Part shown: piece by piece, positions 26,291-38,555 of the stretch
Layout: the number at the start of each line of letters is the position of its first letter
How positions within the stretch are numbered: position 1 is the stretch's first letter
Origin: Hydrolagus colliei
Lineage: Eukaryota
NCBI GenBank assembly: GCA_035084275.1
Contig: CM068756.1
Span: 5,766,001 to 5,830,000 of the forward strand
Length of the DNA: 64,000 bases
Direction of reading: 5' to 3'
Made by a program: the position numbers and the translations under genes
The notes under the pieces: generated by a model
What the model was told of the DNA's origin: nothing
Databases searched by the model: none
Seen by the model: only the letters and a program-made list of their open reading frames with translations

Positions 26291-28648
26291 ACTCCCTCGG
26301 TGGTCTTTGGCTCCTGGACTAGGGTAAATAATATATGTTAGCACAACCCTGTAACCTGTTTGATACTACAGCCACTATAAAGGATGTGTTCTGAGACAGG
26401 ACTCGTGCTACTGAAATAATGTTAGCCGTGCCTCAAACTTGAGCAGCCTCATATTATTTCTGAATGGCGACCAGACAGAAATGTTATATTTTATATTCTT
26501 TGGCAAAAGTGACGTTTATTTCTGTGAGCACAGAACAGTTTTAAAAATGTGATTTTTTTGGGCACAACATAAATATGTACAGAATTGATGAATACATATT
26601 GCAGACAATAAATGTGTCATTTTTTATAGCAGTGTCAAGATTAAATCAGTGCACAGTCTGGTTCGGTCAGATTATACATTGCATTCTAAACTTTCATCCA
26701 ATATCTGTTTCTTTTTCAATGATTCACAAAGATAAATTCTCTTCAGTGATAAAGCTTTTATTTTTCACTTGCACATTACTGAGAGAGATTTAACTTTAAA
26801 AAAAATCTCACTGTGGAGAATATTTATCTCATGTTACAAAAACTTTAAACACAGGGAATCAGTTCTATTCTATTATTCTAGTACAAATTATAACTACTTG
26901 GAATGTGGAAATTGTGGTTCACAATACATACATTGTGCGTTTAAAGATATATTGCTTTGCAAATAGATTTAACAGATGATTACGTTACATTATACAGCTT
27001 TAAACAGATTAGGCAGTTAGCCACTTCCCAACCTGCGCCTAATAACAACAAAAATGTACGGTGGCTTAGACAATAGTAAAATAACTTTATTCCAAATTAT
27101 AGCTAATTTCAAGAAACTAATTTTAAATAGTGTAACAATTTTTAAAGAGAAGGATTAATGGCAAATTTTCGAAAACAGAAACAAAATTTTCAGGCAGAAG
27201 AAGATAATTTCAACGACAGACCTAGATTGTTGGTTTGTGGCAAATGGCATCAAATGAAATAAGCATGTTTGTAATACAAAAACAGATTTGTATGACAATG
27301 ACAATCTGGGAAATGCTGAGAACAGCTTTGATCATCTATACCAAAGCGTTGTTTTTCAATATAAATGCTTTTATTACACTCAAAGGGTTATTGTTTTTCT
27401 AACAGTTAAACAGGATAGTTCAGGTTATAGCAAATTATGTTCCTACTGATTAAAAATACTCTAGTGCACTTAAAAATCTAAATAATATTCCTTCAATTAA
27501 ATATTTTTACACCTTGGTTCTGATCTCTAGAGTCATCACATAACACTTGTTAGATATAATTTTGCAGTTCAAATATTGAAAGTGTTGGTATGAATCCCAT
27601 CAAAACATTGATATTCATTAGTGCCTTCATGATGCATAATAATGTTCATACAATTATATTCTGTTTTTTTAAAAAAGTTTAATTTCTATTCTTCTGCAAT
27701 TTCTTCACAAAACATCTTCATCCTCATGAGTTTCACTTCTACTCATTCCTGTTGCTATCAGAATACAGTAGATGTGTTGTCTGTCTAAAAAAGTTTTTCT
27801 TACAAGTTCATAAAAGCCTTTCAGATACCCACAACATGACCTTGTCTCAGTGAATTAATATAAACTTTGCCTGAGCAGATCAACCCAACCACATCACACC
27901 ACAGCACACAAGTAATCCTGCTTGCCAAGTCTCTCATTTGTGTTTATATCATTTGATTTTAAGTGAAAACACTATTCCAACATTTTATTGTACAGACCAG
28001 AACTTGAGCAGTGAAGTAAATGGAAAAGACTGCGTCCTTGGCATAAATATTTATACTATTCTATACTCTAGTGATACTATACATGTATGACTTCTACCAT
28101 ATATGTTAATCAGTCATGTCTTCCGTTTACATAACTATTATATCCATTGGCAACCAGCCCTCTGTCAGTCTTTACTGGTTAAATATAAATGTGTCAGCAT
28201 ACAGTACAAGGATATTTGATAGACAAGACTATGTCAAATGTACCAATATCTGGTAAATATCATTAACGAATAACTGATGGATGATGAAAGATACTTCGGA
28301 AAGAAAGTTGTAAAAGCATTTCCAAAGTCCAATTAGATATTAGAGCTGAATGTAATCAGTGAACAATTTGACTGTCTAGATAGTAATAGGGAGGGAGGGA
28401 GAAACGTCTTTTGATTTTACTAGTCAGACTAACTACCTCTCAAGTATGGCAGCAATGATGAACTATGGAATAAATTTGAATTGGAAATCCAAAGTGTAAT
28501 AAATGTACTGCCACATGGAAGGTAGATCCTCCATTCTGATCTAGAGGGTAAAAAATTCCCATTTAAAATATACCATCCATTGGAGTCACACATATACTGC
28601 CACAAAATGGTGAATGAGTTTATCTGTAGTTGCGTAGGAAAATGTTCA

Positions 28649-28867
28649 CAGTAAAAGCCCGTTTATCCGTGACCCAATCAACTGTAACTTCCGTATAACC
28701 GGCACTGCAAAAAAAAGGTCCCTATTCGATTAACCGGAATTTATCCAGCAAAATGTACTATTTTTTCTTGAATTTTTTTTTGTGTGTGTTTTCGACCGAA
28801 TATCCGGCACACGCTTTAACCGGCATTGGCCAAGTCCTGAGGGTACCGGATAAATGGGCTTTTACTG
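28649..28867. mobile_element. Tc1/mariner-pogo (Tigger-like) MITE, 219 bp
   Basis: 27-bp TIRs: left CAGTAAAAGCCCGTTTATCCGTGACCC, right (reverse complement) CAGTAAAAGCCCATTTATCCGGTACCC, 3 mismatches. Right flank TA, left flank CA (probably a mutated TA TSD). No ORF. Confidence 0.9.
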
Positions 28868-29373
28868 TACTTGATGCTAAACTACCAGAAAATGGAACGA
28901 TGGTGTACCCACGTAGCAGTAGCAGAACAAATGAAACCATTCCGATATTGACTGCTAATTCCTTGAAACATAATCTTTAGTTACAACAAGCAAAGTGTAT
29001 TTCATATAATTCACATGAAGAAGAAAGAATGAGAAAAACATATTGTAGGGTTAGCTGCTGTCAATTGCTAATTTACAATCAAGAAAATTATGACTCCATC
29101 AAATAACTCAGTTGGAAGCTGTTTATAAAGTTCCATTTGGAAAACCGTTGCAAAACTCAGTGGGATTGTAACTTGAACATGGAACAGGAATTCAATATTA
29201 ATATTTTTGCACGGTAACAACATGGAGCCAACTAAACTCCACTCTTTTTGTGGTTTGACTTCTCAACTGATATTTTGCTGAAATTGGATTTTATTCTACT
29301 TTTCTACTGCAACAGAACAGTAAATACTAGGTAAATAATGCTACAAGAGTAATCATCGTCCCTCTAGAAATAG

Positions 29374-29433
29374 CAACAACAACAACAAAATTACATTTAT
29401 ATAGCGCCTTTCATGTCTGGAGGACGTCCCAAG
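29374..29433 (-). mobile_element. L2 3' tail only, with flanking direct repeat
   Basis: Reverse complement of 37480-37540. TAGAAATAG is repeated at 29365-73 and 29445-53. Confidence 0.9.
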
Positions 29434-29845
29434 AAATAAAAAAATAGAAATAGAACAATGTGAAGTGGCAGAGCAAGAGGAGTGTCAAGAAGTCTTAGAA
29501 GGTCAAATCAAATGAGGATCCTCCAAAGTAAAGATTTTTATGTTTTTTCCCCTCTCTATGGCTTTTCTGTCCTACTCATTTGCTGAAACTAATATCAACT
29601 TCGCAAAGGAAATAGTGCGTAATGCAACAAAAGGGAATATAATTTTCCTTCCAAAGATCTCTCTCGAGGGCTTCTGTGATCAGATCTGAACCACAGAGGA
29701 TATGCTTTTAATTTTGTAGAACAAATGTTGTTTACACTATTATTTCATAATCAGCATCTCAAAAAATTATTGGATACATATTTGCACCCCATTGCATTTG
29801 AAAAATTCACCGGAAAGCAATATGCACAAGCTTCTAGGAGTATTA

Positions 29846-30010
29846 TAATAATAATAATTAACTTTGCATTTGATACAGCACTTTATCATGTCGTTGAAGC
29901 ATCTCAAAGCATTTCATAGGATATACAGTACTTTGTAAAGTAGATTGACTGTGTATTTTATGGATGAAACACAGCAGCCAGTTTGCACATGGCAATGTCA
30001 CATAGACAGC
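29846..30010 (-). mobile_element. SINE 3' fragment (same family)
   Basis: (TAA)n then TTGCATTTGATACAGCACTTTATCATGTC..., colinear with 41164-41310. Confidence 0.8.
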
Positions 30011-30729
30011 CTGCAATATAATATATTCCAAAGAAGTGAGCATACCAAAGTTGGCTAAACGTGATATTTAGGCAGATTTCTTCTAAGAAATAAAAATGCC
30101 ACCATTTATCATGTACATTATCTTTGTATTTTCATATTGACATTATAACTACCAACTCCTTGAGGAAGAATAAGAGCAACATTCCGTCATTATTGGATCT
30201 CACACCCATCACTTTTGTTCTTTTTCATTAACAAGGCACGTCAACTAAGTAAAGCATAGTAAAGTCCTGAAGACCAAGAAATCAAAGGCAAAACATCAAT
30301 ACAGTAAACTGCAAACTAGTCTAAAGGATATTTGGGATTTTATTGTTTCTAATGGTTCAGACAACTGTGGATGCACACAGCAAATCTTTTTATGGGGGGG
30401 AAGAAAATATAAATTCTGTAGTTTTTACTGAGTATTTTTCGATCTTGGACACCTGAAAATTCAGGTTGTATCCCTGACTTGTATCCCCTCAATACTCCGC
30501 ATGATCGACCTACCCGATTTTTGTGCTGCAGGTTCTCACAAGCTGGAAGTAATCTCCTTGTTAGTAATTAACACATATCCTAATATTGTAGAACATTGAA
30601 TGACAAATATTACTCTGCAGCTTATTTGATCAGACACTCGCACTGCAGTTCAGTTGGCATGTCCTAGAACTGAATGCAGCATCTGTGCTGTATAGAGCTT
30701 TTGAGTGCATCTCTAGTTTATTGCATTTC

Positions 30730-30910
30730 TAACCTATAAGCACACACCTTCATGCCTGCTGTTTCATATGCAAATGAGTCTCCCCAGGGATAAACATAAA
30801 AGGCACCTCGGGCTCTTTCCATATCACTCATACATTCTCATGCTTTTTGAGCAATGTCATTTAATGCAGTACAAAAATATACCAGCCATCTACATTAGAT
30901 TAGGTGAGCT
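30730..30910 (+). mobile_element. Penelope-like element relic, GIY-YIG endonuclease N-terminal region (copy 1)
   Basis: Reads CFICK*...IKGTSGSFHITHTFSCFLSNVI*C...PAIYI-RLGE, resembling the PLE pattern CxxC...IxGPKxSFxI...FTCxSxNxxYC...YIGET..RLG. Confidence 0.7.
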
Positions 30911-31910
30911 CAGTACAGGTAATAATATCACACAGGGGCCATTTGTGACCCACTGCCCCTATACCTGAAGCCCTTGATAAACTTGATGGTCAATGCATTT
31001 CTCCAGCTGTGACACAATTGCCAGAGTTGAGATTCACGACCACACTTCTGTTCCCTTTTTCTGGCAAAAGAAATTAATGAAATAATGCCTAAGTCTATGC
31101 AGAGACCACAGGGCAAGTGAAGTGGAAAGTCAACTAAGCTCTGTCACTTTAAAGTCCTCCTGTTATCTTTTCTTCTTCCTGTGGGGAAGTATTTGTCCTC
31201 TATTGGCAACTTTGCATGGTGATATGAGAAGCTGGCCATTTGGGGATTAACGGGCATTTAGGACACAATTTGTTACCATTCCTAACACTAGCAGTCAGCC
31301 AACTGAGACTGCTCGAGCCAATGGAAAATGTTGATGTGAAACACTGAAACAGCTTGTAAGTGATTGATGGCTGGGGTGGGGCAGTGCAAATACAAACGTA
31401 TTATGCTCAGCAAGTTCAAAGTGGTGCATTTGTGCACCACAATTCCAAGGAACAAATATTGAAATCAGGGCAATACTGATAGCACAATCTGAAAATAAAG
31501 TACATTGGGATTCTTCATAGTTTTTTGAACAATTGATGGATTTGACAGGTCAATCTTGCAACAAAAGATTTTAAGAAAGGTATTGGACCTTTCTTTGTTC
31601 AAGTTGACTTGACATCTGATAAATGTATACCTGACAGAACAGCAGATTGGCAGCCCAGTGACAAAAATGTTTGAAGAAACCTAGGTGAATGATCCAAGAT
31701 CTCGAAATACGAGCATTGAGCTAAGGCAATGAAGCGGGTCAGCTTGAAAAGCAACTTGCTTTGAATGCCCCCCCCAAAAAACTAAGATCTCTTTGATATA
31801 AGAGACTATCTTCGTTAGATCATTTTCAGTACAGTCACTTGAGAAATTCCAACAGTTAAGAAATGATCTCAATGGGAATAAGAATATGAAGCTCACGATT
31901 TGCAAAACAT

Positions 31911-32065
31911 TTTGTGGGCACTGCTGTGCACAATTGGCTGCCAAAATACACAAATTTCATACACAAAATACAAAGTCAATCCATTTCACAGTATATTCTG
32001 TGAAGTACTTTGAGGTGTTTCAGCGACGTGATAAGACACTATATCAAATGCAAGGATTATTATTA
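31911..32065 (+). mobile_element. SINE 3' fragment (same family)
   Basis: TGTGGGCACTGCTGTGCACAATTGGCTGCC...CTATATCAAATGCAAGGATTATTATT. Confidence 0.85.
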
Positions 32066-32329
32066 ATAAAAGTAACTTACAAGTGATCTTCTGCACACAG
32101 TTGATTCCAGCTAGTACATTTGAATGCAGGTTCAATTGATAGTAATAACTTTGTTACTAGATTCGAAAGTAACTAAAATATTAACATGTATATTTTCTAA
32201 TAATCTACTGGTGCACAATGTAGCCTTTATTGGGTGGAATAAATAAGTCACATTGGTTGTCCAAATGTACATAGTACGTGTTTCGAGACCTAATGTAGGC
32301 AATGTGCTTTTAGAAATGCATTGCTCATT

Positions 32330-32960
32330 TAACCTATGAGCAAACACCTTTATGGCTGCTGTTTCATATGTAAATTGCTCTCCCCCAGGACCAGCATAAA
32401 GGACACCTCAGGCTCTTTCAATATCGCTCATAAATTCTCACGCGTTTCCAGCAATTTCACTTACTGTTGTGAAAACAATTCCCAGCCATCTAGAGAAGCT
32501 GATAGGTGCTTTTAGGACAGGTTCAATGAGTACCTGAGTTCTATGAAGCGCTTTACAAGGCTATTGTCTCCAATTTCTACTTTGCCTAAGCATAATTTCC
32601 CCCAATTCTTCAACAGGGTTTTCATGACACTCATTGAGCAGAAGCCAAGCTCATCTGCTGTGGATGATTCCCCAGTTACCAAATTAAATCATCACAATGC
32701 CTTTTTCTATTAGACCTTCCAAATCAATTCTCTCTTCTTTTGTTGCACTATTGTTCAGTTCAATCCTCAACTCTCTTTCCTGCCTTATATTCAGTCCCTG
32801 ATTGTGATTGCTCTTCTTCATCACCGTTTTGTTGCCTAACTCTACTGCTATTTGTTTGCCAAGGAACCTTTATTTATCCCTTTGTTACAGCTTCCCACCA
32901 ATCTGAACTTTTCTGATTCATTCTTGCTATTCTCAGTTCCATCATCTGAAAACACCAGCT
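32330..32960 (+). mobile_element. Penelope-like element relic, GIY-YIG region and 3' flank (copy 2)
   Basis: First 160 bp are colinear with 30730-30890. Continues with DRFNEYLSSM (RFxEH motif) and AEAKLI, then a pyrimidine-rich tail. Confidence 0.65.
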
Positions 32961-32969
32961 AATCCCAAT

Positions 32970-33375
32970 TTTTGCTGCCCACATCCTCAACTCCACGAAA
33001 CTCAGTCCTCTCCACTATCTCTGTGTCTCCCAGTGGATCAGCTTCAATGACCTCATCCCCACCATTAAAGTCCTTAATAACCCAACACCTCCCTATCTCT
33101 GTGACATCTCTCTGTGCTCTACTTTTTCCCTCATTTTGGCTAACACAGATTTCCTACCCCCTCTTTGCTACTATTGCCACTACTGAGCCTTCAGCAGCTG
33201 CACTTCTAACCTCCGTAACCCTTCCCTCTCCCCCTCTGTCTCTTCCCTGTCTTTAAATATCTAAGAAACTTACTGATTTGACTGTACCTATGGCTACCTC
33301 CCCCTTCTCTTCCTTCCTCAGGCTGTGACTGTCATTGTGAAGCACTCTGAGACATGTTGTGTGAAGGGCACTTCA
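32970..33375 (+). mobile_element. Old, degenerate L2 3' fragment
   Basis: C-rich block with GCTGCCCACATCCTC (AAHIL), GAGCCTTCAGC (RAFS-like) and tail GTGAAGCACTCTGAGACATG...GTGAAGGGCACT. Followed by an opposite-strand L2 tail at about 33384-33430. Confidence 0.7.
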
Positions 33376-33514
33376 CACTATATCAACAACAACAACAAAA
33401 AAATTACATTTATAGTTCATTTAGCATGTCCCAGAACTTAATGCAGTGTGTATCAATGCAAGTTAGAGTGGATGCACTGTTTTTCTCTCCTTTTTGTCTC
33501 TCAAGGTATTTTAT

Positions 33515-33640
33515 TGCATATTAGGGAGGAAATTAGGAGCATGGCGAAAGAGCAGGGTTTTTTTAAAATTAAAAGTTCTGCCAAACTCTAATAAATGGGC
33601 TGAACAGCCTTCTCCAGTTCCTATTTTCCTAGGTTCCTAA
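33515..33640 (+). mobile_element. Degenerate CR1 3' end
   Basis: ATGGGCTGAACAGCCT...TTCCTAGGTTCCT matches the CR1 3' UTR pattern. Confidence 0.5.
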
Positions 33641-33867
33641 ATAGATCATACCTGAAATGAGTTCCTGTAGGTTGATATCAACTGTATTTGATCGCCAACA
33701 AGTAGTTATGTGTATCATGTTTTATGCCTCATTATCATCTTCTTTGCAGCTGCCTTTCATGTCATTACCTCAACTATCCTTGCCACTTCATCTACCTCCT
33801 TGACTACCTCTATTTATTCATCTATTTCCTTATACCCATTCCTTTTCTTCCACCCTATATTCTACCA

Positions 33868-34225
33868 TAATAATAGTCCTTGCATTTGATATAGAATTTT
33901 TCACAACTTCTAAACATCTTAACATACTTCACAGAATATACGGTAAAGTAATTAACTGTATATTTTATGGGTGAAATGCAGCAGCCAATTTTGCACAGCA
34001 GTGTCCCACAATCATGGACTGAATTGACCAATTTATTATTTATTTATTTTTGAAGGAATTACCACCCCTGGAAAAGTGACCCACCAATCGAACAAGAAGG
34101 TTCCTACTTACTATTAGGTAAGCAGAGGCATGTGAAGTAAGGAAACTTGCCCAATGTTTCACCCTGCCAGGAATCAAACCCAGGTCTCTTGCTTCTGAGT
34201 TGAGTGCTCACTGAGCTACAGGTTT
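33868..34225 (-). mobile_element. Near full-length older copy of the same SINE family
   Basis: Colinear with 41164-41483 from tail to degenerate tRNA head. Carries about 65 extra internal bases (about 34060-34125). Confidence 0.85.
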
Positions 34226-35618
34226 CCACAAACTCTCATGTCACTCTTCTTCTGTTCCACTTATCCACTGGAGGAAATTAAGATTGTTATTTGTTTTCTT
34301 TTCTCACTTTACTATGCAGTTCAAAGCCACTTGTTACCCATTTTGGTGACCAAAATTATATGAACACTTGTCATGTTCTCTGCTTATTCAAACAAACTTG
34401 ATTATTTTTTGCTTTCAGCTCACCCTTCTGAACCCTTTCATGTAATTATTAGAATAAGGAGCAATAAAATTGCCAAACTGTTAGCACTGAATAGATTCTT
34501 CCACTTTCATTGAAGCAAAATCCATTTAATGTTCACAATTTCATCTTCTAAATAATTAAATAAATACCGCTTGTTGTAGGCTGATTAAAGAATCATTTTA
34601 GCACGGATTATTTTTAATAACAGTTAAATATCTTTCAATGAATCCACCAAATGGAACTTCATAGATCTTTCCTTGCTGTGTTGGCATGGCAATGTTTTGC
34701 CTGCGGTGTGGAGGGGGCTCTGATGTGCTTCTGTTACATGAGGAATGTATGGTTTTCAAGGGGAAAATGTGATGATGGATGGAATACATGATAGGAAAGG
34801 AAGACATCAAAAGAAAATAGCATCAACATTGGGGCAATATGGAAAGTGTTTACTGTACAAATACTACACATACAGGAAAGGAGAAATATTTTATGGGACA
34901 AGTTGAGATCAAAATTACATCAGTAAGAACCTTTGTCACAAACCCAGGGCCAACAGCACTCATTGGATTTCACCTGACTCTGGTTCAAATCTCAGCCAAG
35001 TCCTTATGCAGACTCAATAACCACACAAAATTGAATGATACCTTATTCGGTCCATTCAAAAGTGAAAGGTCGAGGACACAGAAGAAAGTCTAATTCAATG
35101 TTCTTACAGTTAAAGTAACCATGTTCTTGGAGACTTCATCCCTGCAGTAGAAGTTTTTGTCTCTTTAAAACTGACTATCTTCTTTTGTTCCTAAACGGCT
35201 TGCAGCAGACATCTTCCAACCCGATTACTGTTTTTCAGCTTTGCATGTACGTGAACAGATTGAAAGAAAGAAAAAAAGTCTATGATGAGGGTAAAGACGT
35301 ATAGTGCCAATCACAGTTTATGCTTTTATGAAACTCAAAGTGTGGGTAAATACAGGAGATATTAATCTCCCCAGTTATTTAACCAATGTAAATAAAGCAT
35401 TGTGTCCCATTTTAAGGCTGGGTCATTTTGCATGTGAAACACTTGCTTCAGACAACATAAATGATGAAGTATTGTGTGAGATTCGGAATCAAGTTATTGA
35501 TGGTGTTACAAGTGGCAGTAACAAAAATAGATGGTTTGTTTAGCAAAAAAAACACACAGCTCTTCCCATCTGAATATGCTATGGCATAACTCACCAAAGG
35601 GAAACAATGCTACAATTC

Positions 35619-35850
35619 CAACAACAACAACAAAATTACACTTGTATAGCACCTTTCATGTCAGGAGGACATCCTAAGGTGTTGGACAGTCATTGTTTCA
35701 CACCTGAGCTGGGGACGGGGAGGGTAGAGGGAAAGGGGAGGATTTGGGATGACCAATGGGGCAGTCGAAGAGGAGAGTCTTGAGTCAGACTTGAGGGAGG
35801 TGGGGGGGTGAGGAGGAGGGACTGCAGGATGGAGTTCCAGAAGTTGGGGG
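35619..35850 (-). mobile_element. Older L2 3' fragment
   Basis: (AAC)n tail and stem-loop, then a G-rich body similar to the reverse complement of 37250-37480. Confidence 0.85.
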
Positions 35851-36616
35851 CAATCATACAAACCATACAAACCCTGTGGGTTTACACCCATTTCCTATCC
35901 ACACATGTAGAAAATATTATGTATGACGACAATTGCCTTGTTCTGCCTTTATTCTCATGTGAAATAATTGGTAATTGTGCTCAGACCTAGTGAGCAGCAC
36001 TGATACTATTGCTTGGGTGTGATATCCTGGTCTACTCTTGTTTTCTTTCCAGTATTGCTGGGAGAAAAAGCAGAACAGAAGAGACAACATTGATGTCTCT
36101 CATTTATTTTTCAGTTCCTTTGCTAGTATTGTTTCAGGGTGATTTGTGGCACTTACGGCTGGCTGTGTAATTCTGAAACTTTTGTCAACTTTCAGCTTCA
36201 TTATTTAGACTTGGAACAACCAAGTTTGAGAGATTCAAAATCAGCCCAGAAAACCAAATGTGTTTGAATATTACTCTACATTAAAGCAATCAAGTCCTTG
36301 CAGGAGCTACATATAATATACCTAATCACTTAAGGAAGTACTGTATCCAGCTGCAGAATCTAAATGTGCAAGGACAGAGACCACCTTGGAGTTTTACAGT
36401 GAGATTTAATCTAAGATATCCAGTATTGTGCTTTATAATGAGCGATTGCTATCTTTTTTATCAAAGGCACAGGACTATCTAAATTTGTGATTTCATTTCT
36501 TGAAATCATCAGCTGGAAAATAAACAAATCAGATCCCTGGAAATTTGTTTGGGAAAGTATTTCCCTCCTTTGCCATCTGTAACACAAAGAAAGGTCATCT
36601 GTACCATTTCTGAGAC

Positions 36617-37543
36617 TTCTGCCTCATCCCTCAACCCCCAGACCATCGATGTTCTGACAGCATGTCTGTCCTGGACGAGGGACAACTTTTTGCAATTGAA
36701 CGTGAGTAAGACCGAGGCCCTCCTGTTGGCTGCCAGCCTCAACATCCAAGGCTGCACTCTCCACCTCACAAAGCCAATCAGGAACCTCGGCATCATGTTC
36801 GATCAAAAACTTTCCTTCCTCCCCCACATCCGTGCCTTGACCGGCACCGCTTATTTCCACCTGCGCAATATTGCCAGGCTCCGCAACTATCTTACCCCCC
36901 GTGCTGCCGAAACACTCGTGCACGCATACATCACCTCACGGCTGGATTACGGAAACTCTCTCCTCGTCGGCCTCCCCAGTTCCTCCATTCACAGGCTGCA
37001 GGTCATCCAAAACTCTGCAGCCCGTGTACTATCCCGCACCCGCCTCCGCGACCACATAGCCCCCACCCTCGCCCGTCTCCACTGGCTCCCCATCCTCCAG
37101 AGGATCGAGTTCAAGATCCTCGTCCTCACCTACAAGGCCTTACACGGCCTTGCCCCGCCCTATTTAACCGATCCACTTTCCCCCTACAAGCCCACCCGGA
37201 CCCTCCGTTCATCAGGACTTGGCCTGCTCCAAGCCCCCCGCCCGAACCGCCCCACCATCGGAGGCCGGGCCTTCAGTTTCTCCTCTCCCACCCTATGGAA
37301 TGCCATCCCTCAATCCCTCCGTTTCGTCTCTTCCCTTTCCTCTTTCAAGGCCGGTTTGAAGACTTTCCTCTTCGATCGTGCCTTTTGTTCCACCCTGAAC
37401 TCTTTTACCTCCCCTTCGTGTTTCACCCCTTCCCAAACACTCCCCTCTCAGCTCGGGTCACACGCCTCCTGTGCAGCTCCTTGGGACGTCCTCCCGACGT
37501 GAAAGGCGCTATATAAATGTAATTTGTTGTTGTTGTTGTTCTG
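36617..37543 (+). mobile_element. L2-clade LINE, 5'-truncated young copy (C-terminal part of ORF2/RT plus 3' tail)
   Basis: Open frame to TGA at 37500-37502 with L2 ORF2 motifs NFLQLNVSKTE, RNLGIMFD, SRLDYGNSLL, LQVIQNSAAR, LHWLP, GGRAFS, LKTFLF. C-rich, CpG-retaining block in AT-rich DNA. Ends in a stem-loop plus (TTG)n. TTCTG occurs at both ends (36617-21, 37539-43), a possible TSD. Confidence 0.95.
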
Positions 37544-38555
37544 TATTATTGTGGCTTGCAACATCTGGAACAGTACCAAGATTTTCAACATCATCTTTCC
37601 AAACTTTATTTAAAGGCAGGTTTTATTTTAGTAAGCAGATTTGTCAGCGAGATCTTCTGTAAGTAACTCTTCAAGGAAAATATAGTTTCCTGACAATTAT
37701 TTTAATGCAGTTACTGAAGTATGCAACTGTGACTTAAGCATGATGAGGTAACTGTGCGCTTGAATACACTTGGATTGTTATATATTTTGGGGTCTCCATT
37801 ATTGAACAGTACGATTGTAACCAGTAATATATGTTCCTCACTGGACTATGTTAAATTCTGCATGTCTTTAGCTTTTAATCCATGCTATTTAGTTTATTCA
37901 ACTGACCTGCGGTGTTCCTAGTCTGTCTCCCATCATATCTGCTCTACTATCTACTTGGCTCTAGTTCTTAAATGTGAATCTTTCAGTTATCATTGGTGGT
38001 TAGTTTACTGTACTTAATGTGCACACATAAACCTTGACAAATAAGGATTGAATTCAATGTCTGCGAGCATGGAGATCCTAATCAATAGAAATGCCCTTCA
38101 AGATGAGAGTGGAGGACAGTGCTTTCAGGCTAATAAAGTCATCGAGCTGACATTACCTAATGAATGACTTAGTTTAATTATGAACTAACAAAATAGTTAG
38201 ATGGTCTGTTCCGTTTCACGCAATGGAATTTGAAATTTACTAAAGAGAACACAAAACAGGTTGGCAGTGTTACTTCTAGACACTCTGGATTTGGTAAGGA
38301 ACTATTCTTGTAACCCATGAGCATCACTAAGAGTACCCCAGTTCATCTAAGCCTCAATTTATCTATACTTTCAACTAATAGCAAAACACAATGTTGGACA
38401 GCATGAAATAAAAATGATACCAGCTTTTACTGCAGACTATTTGTGATGAGAGATGAACATTTACACAGAATATTTCAACTGTATGCATACAACCATCCTG
38501 TGGTAATGTTATTTCCCATTTACGGCTGACAGTAGTATGGTTATTCCGAGGTTAA

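Noticed and set aside
30730-32495. Tandemly duplicated host exons
   Set aside because: Stops occur in the frames examined, and the plus strand matches a Penelope GIY-YIG region instead.
36549-37502. 317-aa ORF as a host protein-coding gene
   Set aside because: It starts at a TTG in flanking DNA, is the C-terminal part of L2 ORF2, lacks the RT catalytic core and has a near-identical second copy.
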